63,416 bases of DNA from a virus (Duplodnaviria; Caudoviricetes), in IMG/VR virus record IMGVR_UViG_3300032265_001108, positions 1 through 63,416 of that record. One strand, 5' to 3'. Of the stretch, positions 1 to 8,935 are shown piece after piece. Below the pieces are notes generated by a model. That model was given only the letters and a program-made list of their open reading frames with translations, had not been told where the DNA came from and made no database searches. The first letter of the stretch is position 1, and each line of letters opens with the position of its first letter. The translations under genes were made by a program, and so were the position numbers.

Positions 1-282
1 CAAGAAACCTTAGGTATTAGTTGTTACGAAGGTGCAGTAGTCGATGCCATTCCTATGGTACCGGATCGTTTATCGTATACAGAAATGTATTACGAAGGAT
101 TCAAATATCCAAGCGAGTGGACACAGGATTGGAATAGCTACCTAGCACATAGGCAAGAACTGTGTCATCATATTATTGTTACCATGACACACTACGAAAA
201 AAGATTACCACAACTTCATAAACAAACAATAGACTTAACAGAAAGATTTTTCTCATGTCAAGAATTACTGAAGCGTTTCTAA
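1..282 (+). CDS. Glycosyltransferase (GT-B/GT4-like), C-terminal part; 5' end lies outside the window
   Basis: Frame 1 is open from base 1 and reads QETLGISCYEGAVVDAIPMVPDRLSYTEMY, matching the GT4 E-x-[FL]-G-x4-E...P nucleotide-sugar motif. The track's 55..282 ORF is only its tail. Confidence 0.7.
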   Translation, partial: QETLGISCYEGAVVDAIPMVPDRLSYTEMYYEGFKYPSEWTQDWNSYLAHRQELCHHIIVTMTHYEKRLPQLHKQTIDLTERFFSCQELLKRF

Positions 283-728
283 ATTTTCTAGATCGTAATG
301 GTCGTAAGCGCATCATTATGGATCGACAAGATCGAGAACCATACCTAGAGCGTTATTATGTTCTGTTTAAAGAGCGTGTGACATTCCCCTACAATGTATT
401 CCTACACAAGTTCCTAAAATCTGATCCAGATCATGTGCATGACCATCCTTGGAACTATTTCACTATTATTCTCAAAGGTGGGTACTGGGAATGGTTGCCC
501 CAATTTGATGAACAGGGTAAACTATCCTGTGAAGTAAAGGTATGGCGTGGTCCTGGTAGTTTTAGGTTCGGTAAGATGCACAACTATCATCGTATTGAAT
601 TAGACCCAGATGTTACTGCATGGACATTATTTTTCGTAGGCCCAAAAAAGCGCGAATGGGGATTCCTTGTTAAGAACGAATGGATTCATTATGAAACTTA
701 TCTAAAAGAACAAAGCGAGCAGATTTAA
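255..728 (+). CDS. Cupin-fold protein
   Basis: HDHPW motif, downstream G-Y-x-E and H-R-I metal-binding pattern typical of cupins. Confidence 0.65.
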   Translation: MSRITEAFLNFLDRNGRKRIIMDRQDREPYLERYYVLFKERVTFPYNVFLHKFLKSDPDHVHDHPWNYFTIILKGGYWEWLPQFDEQGKLSCEVKVWRGPGSFRFGKMHNYHRIELDPDVTAWTLFFVGPKKREWGFLVKNEWIHYETYLKEQSEQI

Positions 729-729
729 A

Positions 730-1011
730 ATGAATGAAAAAGAAAAAGAAGTAATGGACATTACCCAAGAGGAATGTGCCGAAGTAATTCAAGCAATTAG
801 TAAAATTAGTCGATTTGGAATTGACAATCTTAAACCCGGAAAACCCAAAACAAATCGAGAACACTTAGAAGAAGAACTAGGCGACATGCTTGCAATGGTT
901 GATATTATGCTAGAGCTAGGTATAGTATCGGCAGATAATCTTGCAATTGCCAAAGAAGCAAAGATTGAAAAACTTAAAAAATGGTCTAATATATATGAAG
1001 AACTTACCTAA
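730..1011 (+). CDS. MazG-like NTP pyrophosphohydrolase
   Basis: EECAEVIQA...EEELGDML all-alpha NTP-PPase motif. Confidence 0.8.
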   Translation: MNEKEKEVMDITQEECAEVIQAISKISRFGIDNLKPGKPKTNREHLEEELGDMLAMVDIMLELGIVSADNLAIAKEAKIEKLKKWSNIYEELT

Positions 1012-1186
1012 ACCAGGCAGCATGTGGGTCAGTGCGTCCGATACATTTCGTGTTATTGATACTGTGCTTGTCGAAAGTGAAGGAGAAACATGGGTACATT
1101 ATATGAAAATAAGTACCCATGAAGAATATAGTTGTTATCTAGAAAGTTTTTTAGAAAGATTTCGAGAAACACAACCCTCTCGCTAA
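995..1186 (+). CDS. Hypothetical protein (probable start ATG 995)
   Basis: In-frame ATG overlapping the upstream gene end; packed in the operon. Confidence 0.55.
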   Translation: MKNLPKPGSMWVSASDTFRVIDTVLVESEGETWVHYMKISTHEEYSCYLESFLERFRETQPSR

Positions 1187-2109
1187 ACAGGAAATTTTGT
1201 AATTTTCTGATCCGACGAGTCTACGCAGGCTAGCATAGTACATACCTGCGGAGTAGACGGAGGCGCCCATCCTTCATCCCAGATATTACCTAGAGGTTGA
1301 TTATTGCAGTTACTACCTGCCACCCAGCCGCCGTGACTTATTCTCAAATGCTCAACACCTACATTGCATAATTGTCCCGTATACACAGGATTTTTACTGT
1401 AGGTTTCTTTATATCTTTCATTCCAAGTTGTTGTTTCGAACACAACTTTTTCTTTAACCAAAGGTGCTTGTTTGATAATTTCTTCCACTACCGGCGGTGG
1501 TTGCACTTCCCGGATCTTGGCAATTTTAACTCCGCTCATTATTGCCAATTGTTCTGAATTATAATTAAACATTCCGCCAGTCCTATCGGCATTTTTGTAT
1601 AGTACTGCCTTACCAACAGTGATACCGTGATCCGATTCCACTAGATTAACTCTGGCCATATCTTCCTCAAAATGATCTGGCCTGATTGGAATTGATACAT
1701 GAAACTGTTTTCCTTTCTTCTGAAAGGTATCGACAATATATTTGACAAGCGCAGGGTTTTGCCAATAGTGATAAGAAAGATGCAGGTTATCTACATAAGG
1801 TTCAATAGCCCACCAATCCAGCCACAGTCGACCGCCATTGGTATGTAGCTTCATCGATAGCCCATTTTCTCTACATAGCTTTAACAGTGTAACTGGATCA
1901 TCGAGATCGAGCGGTTCACCTCCGTCGAATTCCCAATCAATAATTCTACCCTGAGCAGAATAAGAGTCAATTAATAATTTTGCCACTCTTAGGTAATCCG
2001 GAGTTTCATGTATCAACTCGCCGCCTCGAAAATGGGTAGGGCAATAATCACATTCTGCCTTACAGTGATCACTGAGATTCCAATATATTTTGGTTATTAA
2101 TTTGTTCAT
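1183..2109 (-). CDS. Radical SAM protein with C-terminal Cys-rich (SPASM/twitch-like) domain
   Basis: CKAECDYC (CxxxCxxC), GGEP, TNG motifs; C-terminal C...C...GNI...C-x4-C. Confidence 0.85.
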   Translation of the reverse strand: MNKLITKIYWNLSDHCKAECDYCPTHFRGGELIHETPDYLRVAKLLIDSYSAQGRIIDWEFDGGEPLDLDDPVTLLKLCRENGLSMKLHTNGGRLWLDWWAIEPYVDNLHLSYHYWQNPALVKYIVDTFQKKGKQFHVSIPIRPDHFEEDMARVNLVESDHGITVGKAVLYKNADRTGGMFNYNSEQLAIMSGVKIAKIREVQPPPVVEEIIKQAPLVKEKVVFETTTWNERYKETYSKNPVYTGQLCNVGVEHLRISHGGWVAGSNCNNQPLGNIWDEGWAPPSTPQVCTMLACVDSSDQKITKFPV

Positions 2110-2114
2110 ACTAG

Positions 2115-2143
2115 TTGACTTGCCTAAATATTTATAGTAAACT
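2115..2143 (+). promoter_or_regulatory. Sigma70-type promoter for queE
   Basis: TTGACT (2115-2120), 17 nt, TAAACT (2138-2143); AAGGA SD before ATG 2165. Confidence 0.5.
2129..2136 (-). promoter_or_regulatory. T4-type late promoter TATAAATA for the radical SAM gene
   Basis: Exact TATAAATA on the minus strand, 19 nt upstream of ATG 2109. Confidence 0.55.
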
Positions 2144-2164
2144 TACACTATGTAAAGGAATAGA

Positions 2165-3013
2165 ATGAGTAATATTAAAATAGCAGAATTGTTTTACAGT
2201 ATTCAAGGTGAAGGACGCTACATGGGTGTACCGTCCGTTTTCTTGCGTACTTTCGGTTGTAATTTTAAATGTGCCGGCTTTGGTATGCCTAAGGGACAAT
2301 TGAGTACAGAGGCAGATGAAATTGCAGAAGTAGTACATCATTTTACTGATTACAAACAGCTTCCGCTAGTATCCACAGGGTGCGATAGTTATGCCAGCTG
2401 GCATCCTAGTTTCAAGGATCTTAGCCCGATGCTTAGTACAGATGCTATCGCAGAACGCATTATGCAGATATTGCCCCACGGTGAATGGCGAGATGAGCAT
2501 CTTGTAATTACAGGCGGGGAGCCACTGTTAGGGTGGCAAAAGCAATATCCAGATTTACTCAATCATCCTAAGATGGCAGGGTTAAAAGAAATTACATTCG
2601 AAACAAACGGTACCATGCGTTTGACAAAAGATTTTAAAGAGTATCTGCGTAGCTGGGTAGATGCAAATCCAGAAAGAGAAATTACATTTAGCGTTAGTGC
2701 AAAACTACCTGTAAGCGGTGAGCCGTGGGAAGATGCTATTAAACCCGAGCGTGTTTGTGAGTATGAGCAGTATGGCACAGCCTATTTGAAATTTGTAGTT
2801 TCAGCAGAAGAAGATATTAAAGATGCAGAACGAGCAGTTAACGAATTTAGAGCGGCTGGCTTTAAAGGTCACATATACATTATGCCTGTCGGCGGTGTTG
2901 AGTCTGTTTACAGTCTTAATGCTAAATCCGTGGCCTTTGCCGCAATGAAGCGAGGCTGGCGATACAGTGATCGACTCCAGGTACCGTTGTTTAAAAATGA
3001 GTGGGGGACTTAA
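2165..3013 (+). CDS. queE: 7-carboxy-7-deazaguanine synthase (QueE-like radical SAM)
   Basis: ELFYSIQGEG...PSVFLRTFGCNFKC...CDS, ITGGEP, ETNGT, C-terminal RLQVPL. Confidence 0.85.
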   Translation: MSNIKIAELFYSIQGEGRYMGVPSVFLRTFGCNFKCAGFGMPKGQLSTEADEIAEVVHHFTDYKQLPLVSTGCDSYASWHPSFKDLSPMLSTDAIAERIMQILPHGEWRDEHLVITGGEPLLGWQKQYPDLLNHPKMAGLKEITFETNGTMRLTKDFKEYLRSWVDANPEREITFSVSAKLPVSGEPWEDAIKPERVCEYEQYGTAYLKFVVSAEEDIKDAERAVNEFRAAGFKGHIYIMPVGGVESVYSLNAKSVAFAAMKRGWRYSDRLQVPLFKNEWGT

Positions 3014-3460
3014 ATGAAAAATTTTATTAAAAAGATATTGGGTCTAGATAAGATCGAAGAACGAGCGGACCGTATGGAAAAAGCGGCTCAGCAAATGGCA
3101 AGTCATGTCGACGAGGCTAATAAAAAGGTTGCCGAAACTGAAGCCAAACTTGCCGAAGTTTTGAAAACTCCAAAAGAGATTGCTACAGAAAAGAAAGAGC
3201 CTTGGGTAGCAGTATTAGATACTCATGTTAACAAAGACAATATCCGTAACGGGTTTTTTGAACTAGACTGGAATGAGTATTTTGTAGTACAATTAAAGAC
3301 CGCCGGTTATACAGGCGATAACGACGAAGCTATTGTAGATCAATGGTTCAGCGAACTATGTCGCAATGTCGGCGAAGAAGAAGGCGTAGACATGAGCCGT
3401 AGAGGTGCAGGCTTTATTAATGTGAATAATTTAGGTAATGGAAAGTCTGAGGTTTCTTAA
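3014..3460 (+). CDS. Hypothetical protein with N-terminal coiled coil
   Basis: 148-aa ORF tightly packed in the operon. Confidence 0.7.
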   Translation: MKNFIKKILGLDKIEERADRMEKAAQQMASHVDEANKKVAETEAKLAEVLKTPKEIATEKKEPWVAVLDTHVNKDNIRNGFFELDWNEYFVVQLKTAGYTGDNDEAIVDQWFSELCRNVGEEEGVDMSRRGAGFINVNNLGNGKSEVS

Positions 3461-4452
3461 TGGCAAAAACATATATTCTTGTAGATACTGCTAACACATT
3501 CTTTCGTGCTCGGCATGTTGTGCGTGGCGATGCTAGTGAAAAAGTTGGAATGAGTTTGCAAACTGTATTGGGCAGTATTCGCAAGGCCTGGCGTGACTTT
3601 AAAGGTGACCATGTTATCTTCTGTCTCGAAGGTCGATCATGGCGCAAAGATTTCTATATTCCCTATAAGGCACAGCGGACTGAAGCTAGAGCCAAACATA
3701 CTGTATCCGAAGCAGAAGAAGAAAAGATCTTTTGGGAAACTTTTGATCAGTTTAAAGATTTCATTATCAACAAGACTAACAGTACAGTATTACACCATCC
3801 TCAACTAGAAGCAGATGACTTGATTGCCGGCTTTATTCAAGCACATCCAAATGATAACCATGTTATTATCTCGACAGATGGAGATTTTGCACAATTGATT
3901 GCACCTAATGTAAAACAGTACAATGGTGTAATGCAGATTACCACTACACACGAAGGATACTTTGATGAAAAAGGTAAGCGTGTTATTGATAAGAAAACTA
4001 AACAAGACAAGCCCGCGCCGGATCCGTCCTGGCTTCTATTTGAGAAGTGTATGCGTGGAGACACCTCCGACAACATCTTTAGTGCTTATCCGGGAGTTCG
4101 TGAAAAAGGCACAAAGAATAAAGTTGGTCTCCGTGAAGCCTTTGCCGATAGAAGCAACAAAGGATATAATTGGAACAATATGATGTTGCAGAAGTGGGTA
4201 GATCACGAAGATGTCGAACATCGGGTATTAGATGATTATAGTCGTAATGTGGTACTATGCGATCTTACCGCACAACCAGATAATATTAAAGAACTGATTA
4301 AAGAAACAATTAATAATGCTACCACAGCAGATAAAAGTATTCCACAGGTTGGCGTTAGACTACTTAAATTCTGTGCAGAATATGATTTAGTCAAGGTCAG
4401 TGAGCAGGTTACAAGTTATGCCGAACCGTTAAATGCGAGGTATGTAAAATGA
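3460..4452 (+). CDS. rnh: T4 RNase H-like 5'-3' exonuclease/flap endonuclease
   Basis: ILVD, SWRK..Y..YK, EADDLI, STDGDF.QL, GDTSDNI FEN-family motifs. Confidence 0.9.
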   Translation: MAKTYILVDTANTFFRARHVVRGDASEKVGMSLQTVLGSIRKAWRDFKGDHVIFCLEGRSWRKDFYIPYKAQRTEARAKHTVSEAEEEKIFWETFDQFKDFIINKTNSTVLHHPQLEADDLIAGFIQAHPNDNHVIISTDGDFAQLIAPNVKQYNGVMQITTTHEGYFDEKGKRVIDKKTKQDKPAPDPSWLLFEKCMRGDTSDNIFSAYPGVREKGTKNKVGLREAFADRSNKGYNWNNMMLQKWVDHEDVEHRVLDDYSRNVVLCDLTAQPDNIKELIKETINNATTADKSIPQVGVRLLKFCAEYDLVKVSEQVTSYAEPLNARYVK

Positions 4453-4931
4453 ATTCAACAGCCAAAGTGTTAGTACCAAACAAAGAATGGCTAATAAAGG
4501 ATGGGGATAGTAAGTTAGGTTCAATATCTAAAGCTAAAAAAGGTTATACCTTTTACAAACAAGGTAGAAAACTAGACTTTCCTTCATTAAACGATTTAAA
4601 AAATGAATTAGGTATTGCTTTATTTGAAGAGGGTGTTAAAAAAGCTCGCGGAGATAGTGCTGATAATAAAATATTTTCCATATATGATTATCCATGCAGT
4701 TCTAAACCCTACGAACCTGTATATAGTGTTAGACAAAAATTACCTTTGTATGCCAAAAGTGCAAAGAGCAAAAGTCAATATTGTGCAGGGTATTATGTAA
4801 TACAGTTTCGAAAAGGATGGGTAAAGAGTTTTTGCCCAAAACTTATTACATTAGAACGATATCCATTTCACGGACCGTTTAAGACTGAATCTGAAATGAA
4901 ATCTATGTTAAATAATATTAACAAATCATGA
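4449..4931 (+). CDS. Hypothetical protein
   Basis: 160-aa ORF with an ATGA overlap with rnh. Confidence 0.7.
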   Translation: MNSTAKVLVPNKEWLIKDGDSKLGSISKAKKGYTFYKQGRKLDFPSLNDLKNELGIALFEEGVKKARGDSADNKIFSIYDYPCSSKPYEPVYSVRQKLPLYAKSAKSKSQYCAGYYVIQFRKGWVKSFCPKLITLERYPFHGPFKTESEMKSMLNNINKS

Positions 4932-5149
4932 AACAACTGAATACATTACCTATAGAAGATTTTTTGGACAAGGCCCGTGTTGCTATTAAAAGTAATCAGC
5001 GCAGTCTTAGTCTTTCTATTAAAGAAGTTACAGATCTTCAAAATAGTCTTAGTGTTGTTATGACACGACTAGCAGGAGAATTGGATCAAGCACCTGCAAC
5101 TGCCCAACCCGATAATATTACTATTAGCATGGACGGTGGTAATTTTTAA
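4928..5149 (+). CDS. Hypothetical protein
   Basis: 73-aa ORF, ATGA overlap. Confidence 0.65.
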   Translation: MKQLNTLPIEDFLDKARVAIKSNQRSLSLSIKEVTDLQNSLSVVMTRLAGELDQAPATAQPDNITISMDGGNF

Positions 5150-5193
5150 GCAATTCGGATAAATATATACGCACTTATCGGAAAGGCGTATAT

Positions 5194-5490
5194 ATGAGCA
5201 GGCCAAAGCCAAAGGTATTATTAGAAATAACTAATAAAAAATCTTATAAAACAGAACAAGTTTTAGAAGCCGATGCCATTTGGGCGGTCTTTTATCAAGA
5301 TAAACCTATTAATCTAAAGACCAGTAGTGTTGTACAGCATCTAGGTCCTAAATATAAAAAAGTTAGTTTTTCCAACAGCGGACATGCATTTAATCTTTCC
5401 GAAAAACTCAACAAATTGTTTCAAACATCGGATTTCTCTATTTATAAACTAACGACCGGAGAGAAGATAACCGATGAATCTCAAACTTGA
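5194..5490 (+). CDS. Hypothetical basic protein
   Basis: 98-aa ORF preceded by TAAATA (5160-5165). Confidence 0.7.
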   Translation: MSRPKPKVLLEITNKKSYKTEQVLEADAIWAVFYQDKPINLKTSSVVQHLGPKYKKVSFSNSGHAFNLSEKLNKLFQTSDFSIYKLTTGEKITDESQT

Positions 5491-5854
5491 AACAACTCGT
5501 CAAGCATTAAGTATATTAAAACCCGAATACGACGAGAAGAATCTTAAACAGGCATTGGGTACATGGTGGTTAAGTACCCGCCAAAAAGAGAACAGCGGAC
5601 TCCAACTTTCCGATCTAGGGTTCGAAGCATTGGTTAAAGCAGGTATCCAAACCTACAGAGTTAAGTTTGACGAACCAATCGAAATGACTAATCAATTGAT
5701 TATTTGGCTAGACCACTTTATTGATTGCCCATTTTATCTAACTAAAAAAGAAATCTTTGTATTTGCCGAAAAAATGGCTATACAGCTAGTGTTGTTTTCT
5801 GGCAACATTAGAAAATATGGGGCTATCAAGGCAGAAAGACAAAAATCTGCTTGA
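5474..5854 (+). CDS. Hypothetical protein
   Basis: 126-aa ORF with GGAG SD, overlapping the upstream gene. Confidence 0.7.
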   Translation: MNLKLETTRQALSILKPEYDEKNLKQALGTWWLSTRQKENSGLQLSDLGFEALVKAGIQTYRVKFDEPIEMTNQLIIWLDHFIDCPFYLTKKEIFVFAEKMAIQLVLFSGNIRKYGAIKAERQKSA

Positions 5855-5879
5855 CATATTGTTAGATCTGTCGTATAAT
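5851..5879 (+). promoter_or_regulatory. Consensus sigma70 promoter (early)
   Basis: TTGACA (5851-5856), 17 nt, TATAAT (5874-5879). Confidence 0.85.
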
Positions 5880-5938
5880 ATATACATGTTGAAACAGTAG
5901 TTGTTCAACATTTTTAAACACTAACCAGAAAGTTTATT

Positions 5939-7018
5939 ATGGCAGAGAAAATTTCCAGCAATCGTACAGTTACCCCTAACGAAGCAAAACGCAGTCTTCG
6001 CAAGTGCGTTAAAATTCAACGCCCAGTGTTCATGTGGGGCCCTCCAGGTATTGGCAAATCCGATATCGTTAAACAAATCGGTAACGAGCAAGGCCGCGAA
6101 GTTATCGATGTCCGTTTGAGCTTGTGGGAACCTACTGACATTAAAGGTATTCCTTATTACAATAGTACGCTCAATACAATGAGCTGGGCTCCTCCTGCAG
6201 AATTGCCTACAGATCCAGAATCTACTGCTATTCTTTTCTTAGATGAATTGAACTCTGCGGCTCCTGCTACACAGGCGGCGGCGTTCCAGTTGGTGCTTAA
6301 CCGTCGTGTTGGTACATACATTTTGCCAAAAGGTGTTTCAATTGTTGCCGCAGGTAACCGTGAAACTGACAAGGGTGTTACTTATCGTATGCCTAGCCCG
6401 TTGGCTAATCGTTTCGTTCACATTGAACTCAAGTCTGACTACGAAGATTGGTTGGAGTGGGCTGTTATGAACAAGGTGCATGAACAAGTTGTTGGTTATA
6501 TTGGCTTTGCTAAACAAGATCTTTATGACTTTGATCCGAAATCGTCAAGCCGTGCATTTGCTACTCCCCGTTCGTGGAGTTTTGTAAGCGAGTTGCTCAC
6601 AGATGACGACTTGCCAGAAAGCACTCTTACTGATTTGGTAGCAGGTGCTGTGGGTGAAGGCCTTGCTGTTAAGTTTATGGCACATCGTCGTGTTGCTAAA
6701 CAGATGCCTAAGCCAGAAGATATCCTAGCAGGCAAGATTAAGAAGTCTAACATTAAAGAAATCTCTGCAATGTATTCTTTAACCGTGTCAATGTGCTATG
6801 AGCTCCAGACTGCACATGAGAAGAAAGTTAAAGGTTGGGATCAAATGGCAGACAACTTCTTTGGCTTTATGATGGATAATTTCCCAACAGAGTTGGTTGT
6901 TATGGGTGCCAAAGTAGCATTGACTAACTATCAGTTACCGTTTGATGCTAGCAAATTGGAAAACTTTGATCGCTTCCATGAGCAATACGGAAAGTATATT
7001 ATCCAGGCAATGGAATAA
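5939..7018 (+). CDS. MoxR-family AAA+ ATPase
   Basis: Walker A GPPGIGKS, Walker B LFLDE, AAGN, LANRF, TPRSW. Confidence 0.9.
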   Translation: MAEKISSNRTVTPNEAKRSLRKCVKIQRPVFMWGPPGIGKSDIVKQIGNEQGREVIDVRLSLWEPTDIKGIPYYNSTLNTMSWAPPAELPTDPESTAILFLDELNSAAPATQAAAFQLVLNRRVGTYILPKGVSIVAAGNRETDKGVTYRMPSPLANRFVHIELKSDYEDWLEWAVMNKVHEQVVGYIGFAKQDLYDFDPKSSSRAFATPRSWSFVSELLTDDDLPESTLTDLVAGAVGEGLAVKFMAHRRVAKQMPKPEDILAGKIKKSNIKEISAMYSLTVSMCYELQTAHEKKVKGWDQMADNFFGFMMDNFPTELVVMGAKVALTNYQLPFDASKLENFDRFHEQYGKYIIQAME

Positions 7019-7021
7019 TTT

Positions 7022-7041
7022 AAGCCCTTCGGGGCTTTTTT
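7022..7041 (+). terminator. Rho-independent terminator with cUUCGg loop
   Basis: AAGCCC-TTCG-GGGCTT followed by a T-run. Confidence 0.85.
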
Positions 7042-7042
7042 A

Positions 7043-7071
7043 TTGACAAATTAAATAAATTCGTGTATAAT
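7043..7071 (+). promoter_or_regulatory. Consensus sigma70 promoter (early)
   Basis: TTGACA (7043-7048), 17 nt, TATAAT (7066-7071); AGGAG SD before ATG 7094. Confidence 0.85.
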
Positions 7072-7093
7072 ATACTTTTAAACAGGAGCATTT

Positions 7094-8362
7094 ATGTCAG
7101 CCAAAACATCAACAGCTAACAAAGATATCGCCAAACAAGAGCGCCGTGTCTTTACTGAGTCCGAAAAGAATAAGATTGTAGAAAAACTTATTACAGCTCG
7201 CGTCGGCCTGTTGCTTCGTCATCCATTCTTTGGAAATTTGGCAACTCGTATGAAACTGATCGATGCAAGTGACTGGTGTTCTACACTGGCTACAGATGGT
7301 CGCAACTTTTATTACTCAAACGACTTTGTAAACAAGCTGACTCCTAAACAAGCAGAGTTTGGTTTTGCACACGAAGTCTTACACAATGTATTTGATCATA
7401 TGGGGCGTCGAGATCATCGTGACCCCCAACTGTCGAACATTGCCGCAGACTATGCCGCTAATCAAATCCTTAAAGATGAACGCATCGGTGAAGTTCCGGA
7501 TTGGATTAAGATTTTCCAAGACAACAAATACCGCGGCTGGTCATATGAACAGATTTATGACGATGTCGAGAAGAAAGCTATCAAAATCGACATGTCTAGC
7601 CTAGGAGAACTGTTGGACGAGCATCTCGACGGAGAAGGCGAGAGCGATGGAGAGAGTGAAGGCGAAGAAGTTGATGGCAGTGGTAAAGGCAAGGGCCGTC
7701 CTAAGTTAACAGCAGAAGAAAAGAAACAGATCCGCGATGAGATCAAAGAAGCAATGGTTGCGGCCGCACAGGCCGCAGGTGCGGGTAAAGTGCCTGCAGG
7801 TGTTGCTAGAATGATCCAGAGCTTTACAGAGCCTAAGATGGATTGGCGTCAACTCTTGCGTATGAATATCCAAAGTATTCTTAAGAGCAATTTTAGTTTT
7901 ACTCGTCCAAATCGTAAATCGCAACATTGCGGTGCAGTATTGCCCGGAATGATGAACGAAGAAACTATCGATGTATGTGTTGCAATTGATATGTCGGGCA
8001 GTATTAGCGACAAAATGGCCAATGACTTTCTATCAGAAGTCAAGGGCATTATGGAAGAATACAAAGATTTTAAATTAGATATCTGGTGCTTTGATACAGA
8101 CGTCTATAACTACGCTCAATTTACAGGTGACACTGCCGACGACATTATGAGCTATGAATGTAAAGGCGGTGGTGGTACTGATTTTGATGTCAACTGGTCT
8201 TTTATGAAAGATCAAGATATCCAGCCTAAGAAATTTATTATGTTTACAGATGGCTACCCTTGCGGTAGTTGGGGCGATGGGGATTACTGTGATACATTGT
8301 TTATTGTACACGGTGACGATTCCATAATTGCACCCCATGGTCAGACAGCGCACTATAAATAA
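7094..8362 (+). CDS. Metallopeptidase-like (HExxH) plus VWA domain protein (DUF2201-like), MoxR partner
   Basis: ATDG, AHEVLH, N.AAD..AN; MIDAS DMSGS, GGGGTDF, FTDGY. Confidence 0.85.
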   Translation: MSAKTSTANKDIAKQERRVFTESEKNKIVEKLITARVGLLLRHPFFGNLATRMKLIDASDWCSTLATDGRNFYYSNDFVNKLTPKQAEFGFAHEVLHNVFDHMGRRDHRDPQLSNIAADYAANQILKDERIGEVPDWIKIFQDNKYRGWSYEQIYDDVEKKAIKIDMSSLGELLDEHLDGEGESDGESEGEEVDGSGKGKGRPKLTAEEKKQIRDEIKEAMVAAAQAAGAGKVPAGVARMIQSFTEPKMDWRQLLRMNIQSILKSNFSFTRPNRKSQHCGAVLPGMMNEETIDVCVAIDMSGSISDKMANDFLSEVKGIMEEYKDFKLDIWCFDTDVYNYAQFTGDTADDIMSYECKGGGGTDFDVNWSFMKDQDIQPKKFIMFTDGYPCGSWGDGDYCDTLFIVHGDDSIIAPHGQTAHYK

Positions 8363-8373
8363 GTAGGTAGTTA

Positions 8374-8667
8374 ATGTCGCTCAGTAGAGGTGAAGTTAAT
8401 CCGTTAGGTGTTTTGGAATGTAGGAAATTATCTTTCATTCCAGAACACTTTACCAAAATATCAATTAACAAGTTAGTTGATATTAAACTGCTTGAACATT
8501 GGATAAACTACAATTTGAATAGTAGGTATTCAATAAAGAAGAATTTTACACTTGATCAAAATGTAAAAATGATTGAGGTAATAGAAGTCGGTTTAGAAGA
8601 TCCTAAGGAACTTTTAATGCTGACTTTAGGATGTCCCTATTTACATGTTAACACAAAGGAAATTTAA
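8374..8667 (+). CDS. Hypothetical protein
   Basis: 97-aa ORF preceded by TATAAATA at 8354-8361. Confidence 0.7.
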   Translation: MSLSRGEVNPLGVLECRKLSFIPEHFTKISINKLVDIKLLEHWINYNLNSRYSIKKNFTLDQNVKMIEVIEVGLEDPKELLMLTLGCPYLHVNTKEI

Positions 8668-8669
8668 AA

Positions 8670-8924
8670 ATGGATAACAACGAACAAGCACAAATGGCAA
8701 GCCCAGCAGTTGAAGCTCCTGCACAACAACCAACTGCTCCAGAATTTAGTTTAAACGACTTACAAAATCTACGAGCTATCGTAGACACAGCGGTGCGTCG
8801 CGGTGCATTTGGTGCAAGTGAAGCAAGTGCCGTAGGTGCAGTTTTTGATCGCCTTAACACTTTCTTAAATGCAGTTGCACCGCAACAAGCACCAGCTGAC
8901 AGCGCACCAGCACCGACAGCTTAA
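8670..8924 (+). CDS. Hypothetical protein
   Basis: 84-aa ORF with AAGGA SD. Confidence 0.7.
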   Translation: MDNNEQAQMASPAVEAPAQQPTAPEFSLNDLQNLRAIVDTAVRRGAFGASEASAVGAVFDRLNTFLNAVAPQQAPADSAPAPTA

Positions 8925-8935
8925 GGAGATAGATC

